Source: Candidatus Poribacteria bacterium
GTDB taxonomy: Bacteria; Poribacteria; WGA-4E; JAJDTR01
NCBI GenBank assembly: GCA_965222225.1
Contig: CBDCTK010000002.1
Span: forward strand, 5,216,001-5,280,000
Direction: 5' to 3'
Length of the DNA: 64,000 nucleotides
A program made the position numbers and the translations under genes. This document shows, one piece after another, positions 9,016 through 18,251 of the stretch; position 1 is the first letter of the stretch, and each line of letters begins with the position of its first letter. The notes beneath the pieces were generated by a model. The model had not been told where the DNA came from, made no database searches, and was given only the letters and a program-made list of their open reading frames with translations.

Positions 9016-10650
9016 ATGAAAAAAACGATACGATTTATCCTCATCACGCTTGCGCTCGGCATTGCATCGGCAACCGTAAATCATACGGCGCTGGCAAAAA
9101 AGGAAGTCAAGCTTATCGGCGTCGAGGAAGGAAACAACAACGAACATTTAACTTCAGACATTATTGGCGACTCCGTAATTATGGGAGCGCGTGGTGCGGG
9201 TGTTGCCACAGTCCACGTCTTTGACGGAAAATCTTGGAAAAAACAGGGGGATCTGCTTGCCAGCGATCCCGACAATGATAGAGCTGCCAGACCGTCTTAC
9301 AGCCATTCAGTCGCTATCGGGGCGCCCCACGAGTTTGCTGCTGCAAACTTCGCCATTATCGGTGCGCCGCGACACCTGCATGGAGGGGAACCGGCGCTTG
9401 CGGGCAAAGGGGGATTTGGTGCAGCATATATCTTCCGCCGCGGCGGAACGAAATGGAAACAGCAAATAAAGCTCGTAGCGCCAGACCCGATGCTCGACGA
9501 CCGGTTCGGCGAGGCTGTTGGCATCTACCGGAACACCGCCGTGGTTGGAGCATCGAAAGACGACGATCAGGGCAAAAACTCGGGTTCGGTCTTCGTCTAC
9601 GTATTCGATGAGGAATCGTGGAAACCACAAGCAAAGATAGTTCCCGACGATCTCGTCGGATCAGACGCTTTCGGAGAAGCGGTATCGTTAGATGAAAGCA
9701 CCCTCGCCATCGGAGCGCCGGGGCACACGCATAGTGGAGTAAGATTCGCTGGCGCCGTCTACATCTTTGTACGTGAGAACGATAAATGGGTACAGCAAGC
9801 CAAACTCACTCCCGATGACCCCGGAAAGTCTGCTCAGTTCGGGAGTTGTATATCACTCAGCTTCAACACGGTCGTCGTTGGAGCCCCGCTGCACGACACC
9901 GAGCGCGGTAAGGATGCGGGAGCGGCTTACATCTTCGTGCGCAACGGCGAAAGATGGACGCAACAGGCAAGATTGACTTCCAGCGACACGAAAGCCGGAG
10001 ATCGATTCGGTACGGGCGTTGCCACTACTGGAAAGAGCGCCATCATCGGCGCTCCGTTTAGACCTGAAGGCGCTCCGGGATCAGGCGCAGCTTATTCCTT
10101 TATAAGCGTTGACGGGAAATGGGAAGAGAAGGAGAAAATCACCCCTGACGACGCGGGACAAAAAATCAATTACGGACTTTGGATTGCCATGAGCGGCAAC
10201 ATGGTTATTGTTTCGTCTTATGCCGCCCCAAATGAAGGCGGCGCGGAAAAGGGGATTGGCACTGCGGCTTACATCTATAATAGCGTTGACGATTTTGGTG
10301 TTTTGCCTTACGCTGTCGAAGCGTTCGGCATGAGCTTAACAACGCTGGGGAGTGTAAAGCGGACAGCCCTGCTTCAGAATTTCCCCAACCCGTTCAATCC
10401 GGAAACGTGGATGCCGTATCGCCTAGCAACCGACACGCCGGTTACCTTCCGCATATACAATAACCGAGGTCAATTGATGCGGGAGTTGGATCTCGGTCTC
10501 CAAAAAGCCGCGGACTACCTGACACGAGAAACCGCTGCCTATTGGGACGGCAGAAACCGGTTCGGAGAAACGGTGTCCAGCGGCGTCTACTTCTATAGAA
10601 TTGAAGCCGGATCTTACGAAGCCACCCGGCGGATGCTTATTTTGAAGTAA
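9016..10650 (+). CDS. FG-GAP repeat protein with C-terminal sorting domain, copy 4
   Basis: Start moved to ATG 9016 (AAGGAG RBS; MKKTIRFILITLALG signal peptide nearly identical to copy 5). Confidence 0.92.
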   Translation: MKKTIRFILITLALGIASATVNHTALAKKEVKLIGVEEGNNNEHLTSDIIGDSVIMGARGAGVATVHVFDGKSWKKQGDLLASDPDNDRAARPSYSHSVAIGAPHEFAAANFAIIGAPRHLHGGEPALAGKGGFGAAYIFRRGGTKWKQQIKLVAPDPMLDDRFGEAVGIYRNTAVVGASKDDDQGKNSGSVFVYVFDEESWKPQAKIVPDDLVGSDAFGEAVSLDESTLAIGAPGHTHSGVRFAGAVYIFVRENDKWVQQAKLTPDDPGKSAQFGSCISLSFNTVVVGAPLHDTERGKDAGAAYIFVRNGERWTQQARLTSSDTKAGDRFGTGVATTGKSAIIGAPFRPEGAPGSGAAYSFISVDGKWEEKEKITPDDAGQKINYGLWIAMSGNMVIVSSYAAPNEGGAEKGIGTAAYIYNSVDDFGVLPYAVEAFGMSLTTLGSVKRTALLQNFPNPFNPETWMPYRLATDTPVTFRIYNNRGQLMRELDLGLQKAADYLTRETAAYWDGRNRFGETVSSGVYFYRIEAGSYEATRRMLILK

Positions 10651-10670
10651 GAAAGGTAACAAACCAAGCC

Positions 10671-10729
10671 GTGTGGGAGGTTCGATTTCTAACCGCACGG
10701 GATATGCGCGGTTGGAAACCGCGCCTACC
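10671..10729. repeat. REP-like inverted doublet
   Basis: GTGTGGGAGGTTCGATTTCTAACCGCAC...GCGCGGTTGGAAACCGCGCCTAC; related hairpin at 8842-8880. Confidence 0.55.
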
Positions 10730-10791
10730 AAAGGAGTTATGAAGACAAACGAGTACCGGCAAATCTAAAGACTACTCGAAAGGAGCGTGTC

Positions 10792-12438
10792 ATGGGAAAA
10801 ACCGTACGATTCATCCTCATCACTCTTGCGCTCGGCATTGTATCGGCAACCATAAATCATACCGCGCTGGCAAAAAAGGAAGTCAAGCTTATCGGTGTCG
10901 AGGAGGGCGTTAACCACGAGCATTTGACCGCGGACATAATCGGGGACACCGTCATTATCGCGTCACGCGGCGCAGGAACCGCCACAATTTACGTCAATGA
11001 CGGCAAAGTTTGGAAAAAGCAGGAGGACCTGCAAGCCCGTGACCACAATGCTCGAGATCCGTATGTTCCCGGCTTCGCTTATTCAGTCGCTATCGGGGCA
11101 CCTCATGAGTTTGCTACTCCAAACTTCGCCATTATCGGCGCGCCAAAACACTTGCATGGAGGAGACAACCTCAAAGGGCTGGACGGGCCCGCGGGATTTG
11201 GCGCCGCCTATATCTTCCGACGCAGTGGAAAGACCTGGAAGGAACATGTCAGACTTGTTGCCCCGGATCCCGTGGATGACGACCGATACGGCGAGTCTGT
11301 TGCCATCTACAGAACCACAGCCGTGGTTGGGGCGTCGAAAGACGACGATAATGGCAAAAACTCGGGTTCCGTCTTCGTCTATGTTCTAGACGGCGCCACG
11401 AATACGTGGAAACCCCAAGCAAAAATAGTTCCCGACGATTTAGGCGGGTCAGACGCTTTCGGAGAAACGGTATCGTTGGATGAAAATACCCTTGCTGTCG
11501 GAGCGCCGGGTCACACCCACAGCGGAGTGAGATTCGCCGGCGCCGTCTACGTCTTTGTTCGCAACGGAGATAAATGGGAACAACAAGCGAAACTCACTCC
11601 CGATGACCCCGGCAAGGCTTCGAAGTTCGGGAGCGCAATATCGCTCAGCTTCAACACGCTCGTTGTTGGAGCCCCTCTGCACGACACCGAGCGCGGCAGA
11701 GATGCCGGTGCGGCTTACATCTTCGTACGCAACGGCGACAGATGGAATCAGCAGGCGAAATTGATTGCCAAAGACACAAAGGAGAAAGACCGATTCGGTA
11801 CGGGCGTCGCCACCACCGGCAAGAGCGCCATAATCGGGGCTCCGTTTCGACCTGAAGGCGCGCCGGGATCAGGCGCCGCCTATTCCTTTGTAAGCGTTGA
11901 TGGGAAATGGGGGGAGAAGGTGAAAGTCACCCCCGACGATGCCGGACAAAAGATTAATTACGGGCTCTGGGTCGCCATGAGCGGCAACATGGTCATTGTT
12001 TCGTCTTATGCCGCCGCGAACGAAGGCGGCGCCGAAAAAGGAATCGGCACTGCGGCTTACGTTTATAATAGCGTAGACGATTTCGGAGCGTTCCCCTACG
12101 CCGTCGAACCGTTCGGCATGAACCTAACAACGCTTGGGAGTGTAAAAAGAACAGCGCTGCTTCAAAATTTCCCCAACCCGTTTAATCCGGAAACGTGGAT
12201 GCCGTATCGCTTGGCGTCGGATGTCCCGGTGTCGATTCAGATTTTCAACGTAAAAGGACAACTGCTACGGGAACTGAATCTCGGAGAACAGAAAGCGGGC
12301 AGCTATCTAACCCGAGACACCGCCGCTCATTGGGATGGAAGAGATCAGGTTGGAGAAACTGTTTCCAGCGGCGTCTATTTTTATGCCCTGCATGCCGGTG
12401 CATTCCAAGCCACCCGGCGCATGCTCATTTTGAAGTAG
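10792..12438 (+). CDS. FG-GAP repeat protein with C-terminal sorting domain, copy 5
   Basis: 548 aa, same architecture. Confidence 0.92.
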   Translation: MGKTVRFILITLALGIVSATINHTALAKKEVKLIGVEEGVNHEHLTADIIGDTVIIASRGAGTATIYVNDGKVWKKQEDLQARDHNARDPYVPGFAYSVAIGAPHEFATPNFAIIGAPKHLHGGDNLKGLDGPAGFGAAYIFRRSGKTWKEHVRLVAPDPVDDDRYGESVAIYRTTAVVGASKDDDNGKNSGSVFVYVLDGATNTWKPQAKIVPDDLGGSDAFGETVSLDENTLAVGAPGHTHSGVRFAGAVYVFVRNGDKWEQQAKLTPDDPGKASKFGSAISLSFNTLVVGAPLHDTERGRDAGAAYIFVRNGDRWNQQAKLIAKDTKEKDRFGTGVATTGKSAIIGAPFRPEGAPGSGAAYSFVSVDGKWGEKVKVTPDDAGQKINYGLWVAMSGNMVIVSSYAAANEGGAEKGIGTAAYVYNSVDDFGAFPYAVEPFGMNLTTLGSVKRTALLQNFPNPFNPETWMPYRLASDVPVSIQIFNVKGQLLRELNLGEQKAGSYLTRDTAAHWDGRDQVGETVSSGVYFYALHAGAFQATRRMLILK

Positions 12439-12625
12439 GATCAAGCGAATGGATAATGAGCGCGATAGAGATCCAAAGGCGATAGAAGATCCTGATAGAG
12501 ATTCCTCAAGCGAATGGCTAGAACGACGTAAATCAACCGAACGAATAGTGAGGGCGATACCGCGTTCATAACGACCAATCAACTGAGCGCTTAACGAAGG
12601 CGATAGGAGATTCTGATCGGGATCT
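12439..12625 (+). repeat. GATCAA-hairpin repeat cluster (3 full units plus fragments)
   Basis: Units at 12439, 12531, 12577; cluster begins immediately after the stop codon. Confidence 0.85.
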
Positions 12626-12884
12626 GTAGATGATTGATGTCCTAAATAGTTCCCAAGGAAGTTCTTCCCAATCACGACTTCCCGTCCATAGAAAAACTCG
12701 CTCATACAGTTGGCTTGTCGTAGCAATCTTCGATCGTCCAATCGTCCATCTTCGTTCTTTTTATTTCGCGTCCGACTGGTCGTTCACTTGTTTGTAAACC
12801 GCGAGACGTCTAAATGTGAATGTGAATGTGAATGGCTACAATAGGACAAATCGAGAAACTTGCTCCGATTGAAAGGGGACACTC

Positions 12885-14513
12885 ATGAAAGTCATACGGT
12901 TTATCGTCATCAGCTTGTTGCTCAATTTCCTGTTCACGGCGACAGGCCAAACTGCAGGAAAGGAAATCAAGTTGATTGGTGTCGAAGATGGGTCGAACAA
13001 CAATCATCTGTCCGCAGATGTCATTGGTGACTCGGTAATCGTCGGCGCGCGAGGAGGAGGTCTCGCGAAACTCTATGTGGGCGCCGGCGAGAAATGGAAA
13101 CTGGTAGCTGAGCTCATTGCCAAAGATGCAAATCAGCGGGATCCGGCTGTACCCGCCTTTGGATGGGCGGTCTCGCTTGCTGCTCCCCATGAACGCGCCA
13201 GCGCAAACTATGCCGTCATTGGAGCGCCAAAAGACCTTCATGGCGGTGACAACGAAGAAGGAATATTCGGCCATCAAGGATTCGGCGCCGTTTATACCTT
13301 CGCTCCTAGCCGAGGTACGTGGAAGCAGCAGCATAAGATTATCGCCCCAGATCCGAAAGAGAAAGATCAGTTTGGTTTCGCTGTCTCAATCGAAAGAGGT
13401 ACCATGGTGATCGGTGCACCGGGAGAAGACGGCGCAGCCAAGGACGGGGGCGCCGCCTATGTCTTTGTACGCGATGGAGAGGAATGGAAACAGAGTGCGA
13501 AAATCATCCCCGAGGATTTGGGTGGATTGGACGCTTTCGGCGAGTGTGCTGTGCTTCGCGGGAACACCGTTGTCATCGGGGCGCCTGGGCACACGCATGG
13601 CGGAATCAGATTTACCGGTGCCGCTTACGTCTTTGTGCGCAACGGGGACACGTGGGAGCAACAGGCGAAGCTGACAGCCAATGACGCCGGCAAAGCCGAC
13701 CGGTTCGGTCATTCTGTCGCTATGGCTGGAGAGACCATCATTGTGGGTTCGCCCTTGAACGATACTGTTGGCGGAAAAGACACCGGCGCCGCCTATGTCT
13801 TTGTCCGCGATGGCGACAGGTGGAATCAGCAAGCGAAGCTAGTCGCACAAGGCTTACGAGCGAAGGATCAGTTCGGATTCGGGGTTGCCACTACGGGCAG
13901 CATAGCCGTTGTGGGCGCGCCGTTGCGCCATGAGCGCGCGCCTGCGGCGGGCGCCGCTTATTCTTTCGTGAGAGTTAATGGCGATTGGGAGGAGAAAAAG
14001 AAGGTTGTCCTCGACGACGAAAGGCAAAAACTCAATTTCGGCACATGGGTCGCCATGAGCGGCAATACCGTCGTCGTCTCGGCGCATAACGACACCAACG
14101 ATGGGCCGGGTTGGGGAAACGGCACGGCAGCGTTTGTATACAGTAGTGTAGAAGATTTCGGAACGCCGCCGTTTGCTGTTGATCCGTATGGATTGGCGCT
14201 GACGACCTTTGGTAGGGTTAGGAATACCGCGTTGCTTCAGAACTATCCCAATCCGTTCAACCCGGAAACGTGGATGCCGTACCAATTGGCGGCTGATGCC
14301 CCGGTCGCCATCAACATCTTCAACGTTCAAGGGCAACTGATTCGGGAGTTGAATCTCGGCGCACAAAAAGCGGGCACCTATCTGAGCAGAGACACCGCCG
14401 CCTATTGGGACGGTCGAGACCAGCTAGGACAGACCGTTTCCAGCGGGGTTTATTTCTACTCTATGCAGGCGGACACATTTCGTGCGACGCGGAGAATGTT
14501 CATCTTAAAATAG
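12885..14513 (+). CDS. FG-GAP repeat protein with C-terminal sorting domain, copy 6
   Basis: 542 aa, same architecture. Confidence 0.92.
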   Translation: MKVIRFIVISLLLNFLFTATGQTAGKEIKLIGVEDGSNNNHLSADVIGDSVIVGARGGGLAKLYVGAGEKWKLVAELIAKDANQRDPAVPAFGWAVSLAAPHERASANYAVIGAPKDLHGGDNEEGIFGHQGFGAVYTFAPSRGTWKQQHKIIAPDPKEKDQFGFAVSIERGTMVIGAPGEDGAAKDGGAAYVFVRDGEEWKQSAKIIPEDLGGLDAFGECAVLRGNTVVIGAPGHTHGGIRFTGAAYVFVRNGDTWEQQAKLTANDAGKADRFGHSVAMAGETIIVGSPLNDTVGGKDTGAAYVFVRDGDRWNQQAKLVAQGLRAKDQFGFGVATTGSIAVVGAPLRHERAPAAGAAYSFVRVNGDWEEKKKVVLDDERQKLNFGTWVAMSGNTVVVSAHNDTNDGPGWGNGTAAFVYSSVEDFGTPPFAVDPYGLALTTFGRVRNTALLQNYPNPFNPETWMPYQLAADAPVAINIFNVQGQLIRELNLGAQKAGTYLSRDTAAYWDGRDQLGQTVSSGVYFYSMQADTFRATRRMFILK

Positions 14514-14642
14514 AACGGGAAGAATGGAATCGTATAAGCGTGCTTTATTCTTTCTATTGCCCCTTAGCCGCTTATCCCCATTAATGAATATACAGTGTTA
14601 TTTATACCGACGAATTCAGTTTGACATCGGGAGGAAAATGTC

Positions 14643-16247
14643 ATGAAAATGTGTATAAGATTTGTCCTTATCAGTCTGATGATTGTCACTATGTCGGCGA
14701 ACATCAGTCACGCTGGCGAATTCAAACTTGTCGCTGCCGAGGATGGTACGAGAAACAGCCACATGACGGCTGACATTATCGGTGATACTCTGATTGTTGG
14801 AGTACACGAGGGGTTTGGTTTAGCCAAAATCTATGTTGGTTCCGGAAAAAAGTGGAAAGTGCAGGCAGAACTCTCCGCTCTTGAAGGCGGTGGAGACGAA
14901 AACAGAGGCGTCCCCGGATTCGGATGGTCGGTCGCACTTACCGCTCCGCATGAGTTTGCTAGCGCGGACTATGCCCTAATCGGAGCAGCAAGGGACCATG
15001 CTGCCGGAGCATTATCTGGCTCAGCCTATATCTTCGCTCGCAATCGGACGACATGGAAGGAACAGGCGAAACTCATTGGCGGAGATACAGCCAAAGAGGA
15101 CAATTTCGGCTGGGCGGTGGCTATTGACAGGAACACTGCAGTCATTGGCGCTCCCGGCGACGACGACGCCGGAAGCAGCTCGGGTGCAGCCTTTGTCTTT
15201 GAATTCGAACGCATAAAATGGAAAGAGAAAGCGAAACTCATTCCCAAGGATTTAGACCGATCAGCCGCTCTCGGAACTTCGGTCTTGGTTCAAAAGGACA
15301 CGATCATCGTCGGGGCGCCAAGGCACACGCATAGCGGTGTCAGGTTCACCGGCGCCGCCTTCGTCTTTCGACGCGACGGAGACAAGTGGGTCGAACATAC
15401 CATGCTCACCGCCGATGACGCCGCTAAAAGTGACAGTTTCGGTACTTCGATTGCCATAAGCGGCGACACGGTTGTCGTAGGCGCGCCATTAGCCGATACG
15501 GACAGAGGAAAAGATGCTGGCGCCGCCTATGTCTTCGTTCGCGATGCCGGTGGATGGAAACAGCAGGCGAAACTGGGTTCCAGCGATGCAAAGAAAGCCG
15601 ATCAGTTCGGATCTAGTGTCGCCATTGAGGGAAACAACGTCATCGTTGGCGCCAAAACTCGCGACGAGGGCGAACCGGGCTCGGGCGCCGCATATTCATT
15701 TGTGCGTTCGAACGGGGTATGGGAGCAGAAACAGAAAGTCGCACCCGATGACCCCGGGCAAAAGATTAATTACGGTACTTGGGTCGCTGTGAGCGGCAAC
15801 ACCGTCATTGTCTCGGCACATAACGGGCCGAACGATGGCCCCGAATGGGGTAAAGGCGCCACGGTTCACATCTATAACGGCATTGAAGATTTCGACGCAG
15901 TACCCTACTCAGTCGAGCCGTTCGGTTTGGCTGTGACAACTTTCGGGAAGATTAGGCGTACAGCGCTGCTTCAGAATTTTCCCAATCCCTTCAACCCGGA
16001 GACATGGCTGCCGTATCGATTGGCGGCTGATGCTCCCGTGACCCTCCACATCTACAATGTCCGAGGACAACAGATAAGAGAACTCGATCTCGGCGTACAA
16101 AAGGCGGGAGGCTATCTAAACCGAGAAACCGCCGCTTATTGGGATGGTAGAGACAATGTCGGACAGACCGTTTCCAGTGGAGTCTACTTCTACAGTCTAC
16201 AGGCAGACACATTCCGTGCAACGCGCAGAATGCTTATTTTGAAGTAG
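14643..16247 (+). CDS. FG-GAP repeat protein with C-terminal sorting domain, copy 7
   Basis: 534 aa, GGAGG RBS, same architecture. Confidence 0.92.
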   Translation: MKMCIRFVLISLMIVTMSANISHAGEFKLVAAEDGTRNSHMTADIIGDTLIVGVHEGFGLAKIYVGSGKKWKVQAELSALEGGGDENRGVPGFGWSVALTAPHEFASADYALIGAARDHAAGALSGSAYIFARNRTTWKEQAKLIGGDTAKEDNFGWAVAIDRNTAVIGAPGDDDAGSSSGAAFVFEFERIKWKEKAKLIPKDLDRSAALGTSVLVQKDTIIVGAPRHTHSGVRFTGAAFVFRRDGDKWVEHTMLTADDAAKSDSFGTSIAISGDTVVVGAPLADTDRGKDAGAAYVFVRDAGGWKQQAKLGSSDAKKADQFGSSVAIEGNNVIVGAKTRDEGEPGSGAAYSFVRSNGVWEQKQKVAPDDPGQKINYGTWVAVSGNTVIVSAHNGPNDGPEWGKGATVHIYNGIEDFDAVPYSVEPFGLAVTTFGKIRRTALLQNFPNPFNPETWLPYRLAADAPVTLHIYNVRGQQIRELDLGVQKAGGYLNRETAAYWDGRDNVGQTVSSGVYFYSLQADTFRATRRMLILK

Positions 16248-16350
16248 ATCAAGCTAGTGGATAGCGAGTAGAATGCTCTATCGGAGTTCTATCGCACTCC
16301 TTATTCATTCGCTCGATCCCTCCTTATTCAGTCGGTTGATCGATTGCGAT
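16247..16350. repeat. GATCAA-hairpin repeat cluster with inverted units
   Basis: Plus-strand partial at the stop codon; full minus-strand unit 16289-16318; further minus-strand partial to ~16341. Confidence 0.8.
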
Positions 16351-16448
16351 CTTTCTTGCCCCGCCTTGGATAGAATTGACTTGCACCATTAATGCACCGC
16401 ACAGTTCCTGTTTTTTTGCGTAAGTCCTGAAAATAGAGGGAGATCACC

Positions 16449-18053
16449 ATGACAAAAATGTTGCAATCCGTCTTCAGTTGTCTAATGCTCTGCATCCTGT
16501 TCGCTGCCGTAGGTAATGCCGCCGGATTCAAGTTGGTTGCCGTTGAGGAGGGGACCAGAAATGGCCATCTAACGTCCGATATTAATGGGGACACCATAAT
16601 CATTGGAGCGCATGCGGGTTTCGGCATGGCAAAAATCTACGTTGGGAGTGGCACAAAATGGAAAGAACAGGCTGAACTTACCGTGAAGCCCGTCGGTGGA
16701 GACGTGGAAAGGAGCATTCCCGCTTTCGGATGGGCTGTCGCTCTTACGGGCCCCCATGAGTTGGCTAGTCCCGACTATGCAGTTATCGGGGCGGCAAGGG
16801 CCGGAGCAGATCAATCGCTGGCTGGAGCGGCATATATTTTCGTCCGCAACCGTAACCAATGGAACGAACAAGCGAAACTGGTCGGCGCGGATGTGGCGCC
16901 AGCCGACAGTTTTGGACATGCGGTCTCCATTGAAAGGGAGGTTGCCGTCATTGGTTCGCCCGGCGATGATGATGCCGGTAGCAGCTCGGGTTCGGCATAT
17001 ATCTTCGTCCGCAACGGAACCGAATGGAAACAGCAGGTTAAGCTCGCTCCGGCAGATCTACAACGCTCGGACGCCTTCGGAAGTGCCGTTCTAGTCTATA
17101 GGAACACCATCATTGTCGGGGCGCCGAAACATACGCATAGCGGTGTTAGATTCACCGGCGCGGCTTACGTGTTTGAACGCAACGGGGACACTTGGGTACA
17201 AGAGACCAAACTCGCAGCCGACGATTCCGCCCCGAGCGACAATTTCGGAGCTTCTCTTGCGATGAGCGGAAACACCATCATCGTTGGCGCGCCGTTAACT
17301 GACACCGACCGTGGAAAAGATACCGGTGCAGCCTATGTTTTCGTCCGAGAGGGCGGAGGGTGGCGGCAGCAGGCAAAACTCGGTTCCGGCGACGCAAAGA
17401 AAGCCGATCAGTTTGGGTCTGGTGTTGCCACAAGTGGAAGTATCGTCATCGTTGGCGCCAAAACTCGTGATGCAGGTGGACCGGGATCAGGGGCGACATA
17501 TTCCTTCGTGCGGGTTAACGGACGCTGGGAGGAGCGGGAAAAGGTCTTGCCTAGAGATTCGGGGCAAAAGATCAACTACGGGGAATGGGTCGCAATAAGA
17601 GGCAACACCGTCATAGTTTCCGCGCACAACGCACCCAATGACGGGCCCGAATCAGCCCACGGCGCCGTGGTGTACGTTTACGATAGCGTCAAAGATTTCA
17701 ACACGCCGCCATTCGCTGTCGTGCCCTCTGACTTGAGCGTAACAACACTGGGACAGATCAAGCGCACGGCGCTGCTTCAGAACTTCCCCAATCCGTTTAA
17801 CCCGGAGACCTGGCTGCCGTACCGCTTGGCGAACGACGCCGATGTCAAAATTCGCATCTACGATGTCCGTGGGAGTTTAACGCGCGAGTTAAATCTCGGG
17901 ACGCAAACATCGGGCGAATACCTGACACGAAAAACAGCCGCCTATTGGGACGGTAGAAACCAATTCGGTGAGACCGTATCGAGTGGCATTCACTATTACA
18001 CATTGCGTGCTGGCTCGTTCCAAGCCACGCGGAGAATGTTGGTCGTGAAATAG
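16449..18053 (+). CDS. FG-GAP repeat protein with C-terminal sorting domain, copy 8
   Basis: 534 aa, body most similar to copy 7. Confidence 0.92.
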   Translation: MTKMLQSVFSCLMLCILFAAVGNAAGFKLVAVEEGTRNGHLTSDINGDTIIIGAHAGFGMAKIYVGSGTKWKEQAELTVKPVGGDVERSIPAFGWAVALTGPHELASPDYAVIGAARAGADQSLAGAAYIFVRNRNQWNEQAKLVGADVAPADSFGHAVSIEREVAVIGSPGDDDAGSSSGSAYIFVRNGTEWKQQVKLAPADLQRSDAFGSAVLVYRNTIIVGAPKHTHSGVRFTGAAYVFERNGDTWVQETKLAADDSAPSDNFGASLAMSGNTIIVGAPLTDTDRGKDTGAAYVFVREGGGWRQQAKLGSGDAKKADQFGSGVATSGSIVIVGAKTRDAGGPGSGATYSFVRVNGRWEEREKVLPRDSGQKINYGEWVAIRGNTVIVSAHNAPNDGPESAHGAVVYVYDSVKDFNTPPFAVVPSDLSVTTLGQIKRTALLQNFPNPFNPETWLPYRLANDADVKIRIYDVRGSLTRELNLGTQTSGEYLTRKTAAYWDGRNQFGETVSSGIHYYTLRAGSFQATRRMLVVK

Positions 18054-18251
18054 TATTAACGCACTTCGGTTGGTGTTAACGTATTATGCCACACCTCCGT
18101 CCTGTAGAAGGGAATCTACTTTACGATAGGTTTTTGGCGAAACTTTCGTTCATCAAATCAGAGATACTCACCAAACACTCATTTATTTGCGGTCAAAGAC
18201 AAACATTTGTTGCATCTTCCTGACATCGACAAACATCGAGAGGAGATTTCC

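Noticed and set aside
12439-12625. GATCAA repeat clusters as a CRISPR array
   Set aside because: Unit length is CRISPR-like, but copies are degenerate, nested, on both strands and dispersed, with no regular unique spacers and no cas genes.
12812-12833. (AATGTG)n microsatellite and the TGTGACATTA tandem at ~4412-4436 as phase-variation or operator sites
   Set aside because: Only 2.5-3.5 units and no supporting context; cannot be distinguished from chance slippage.
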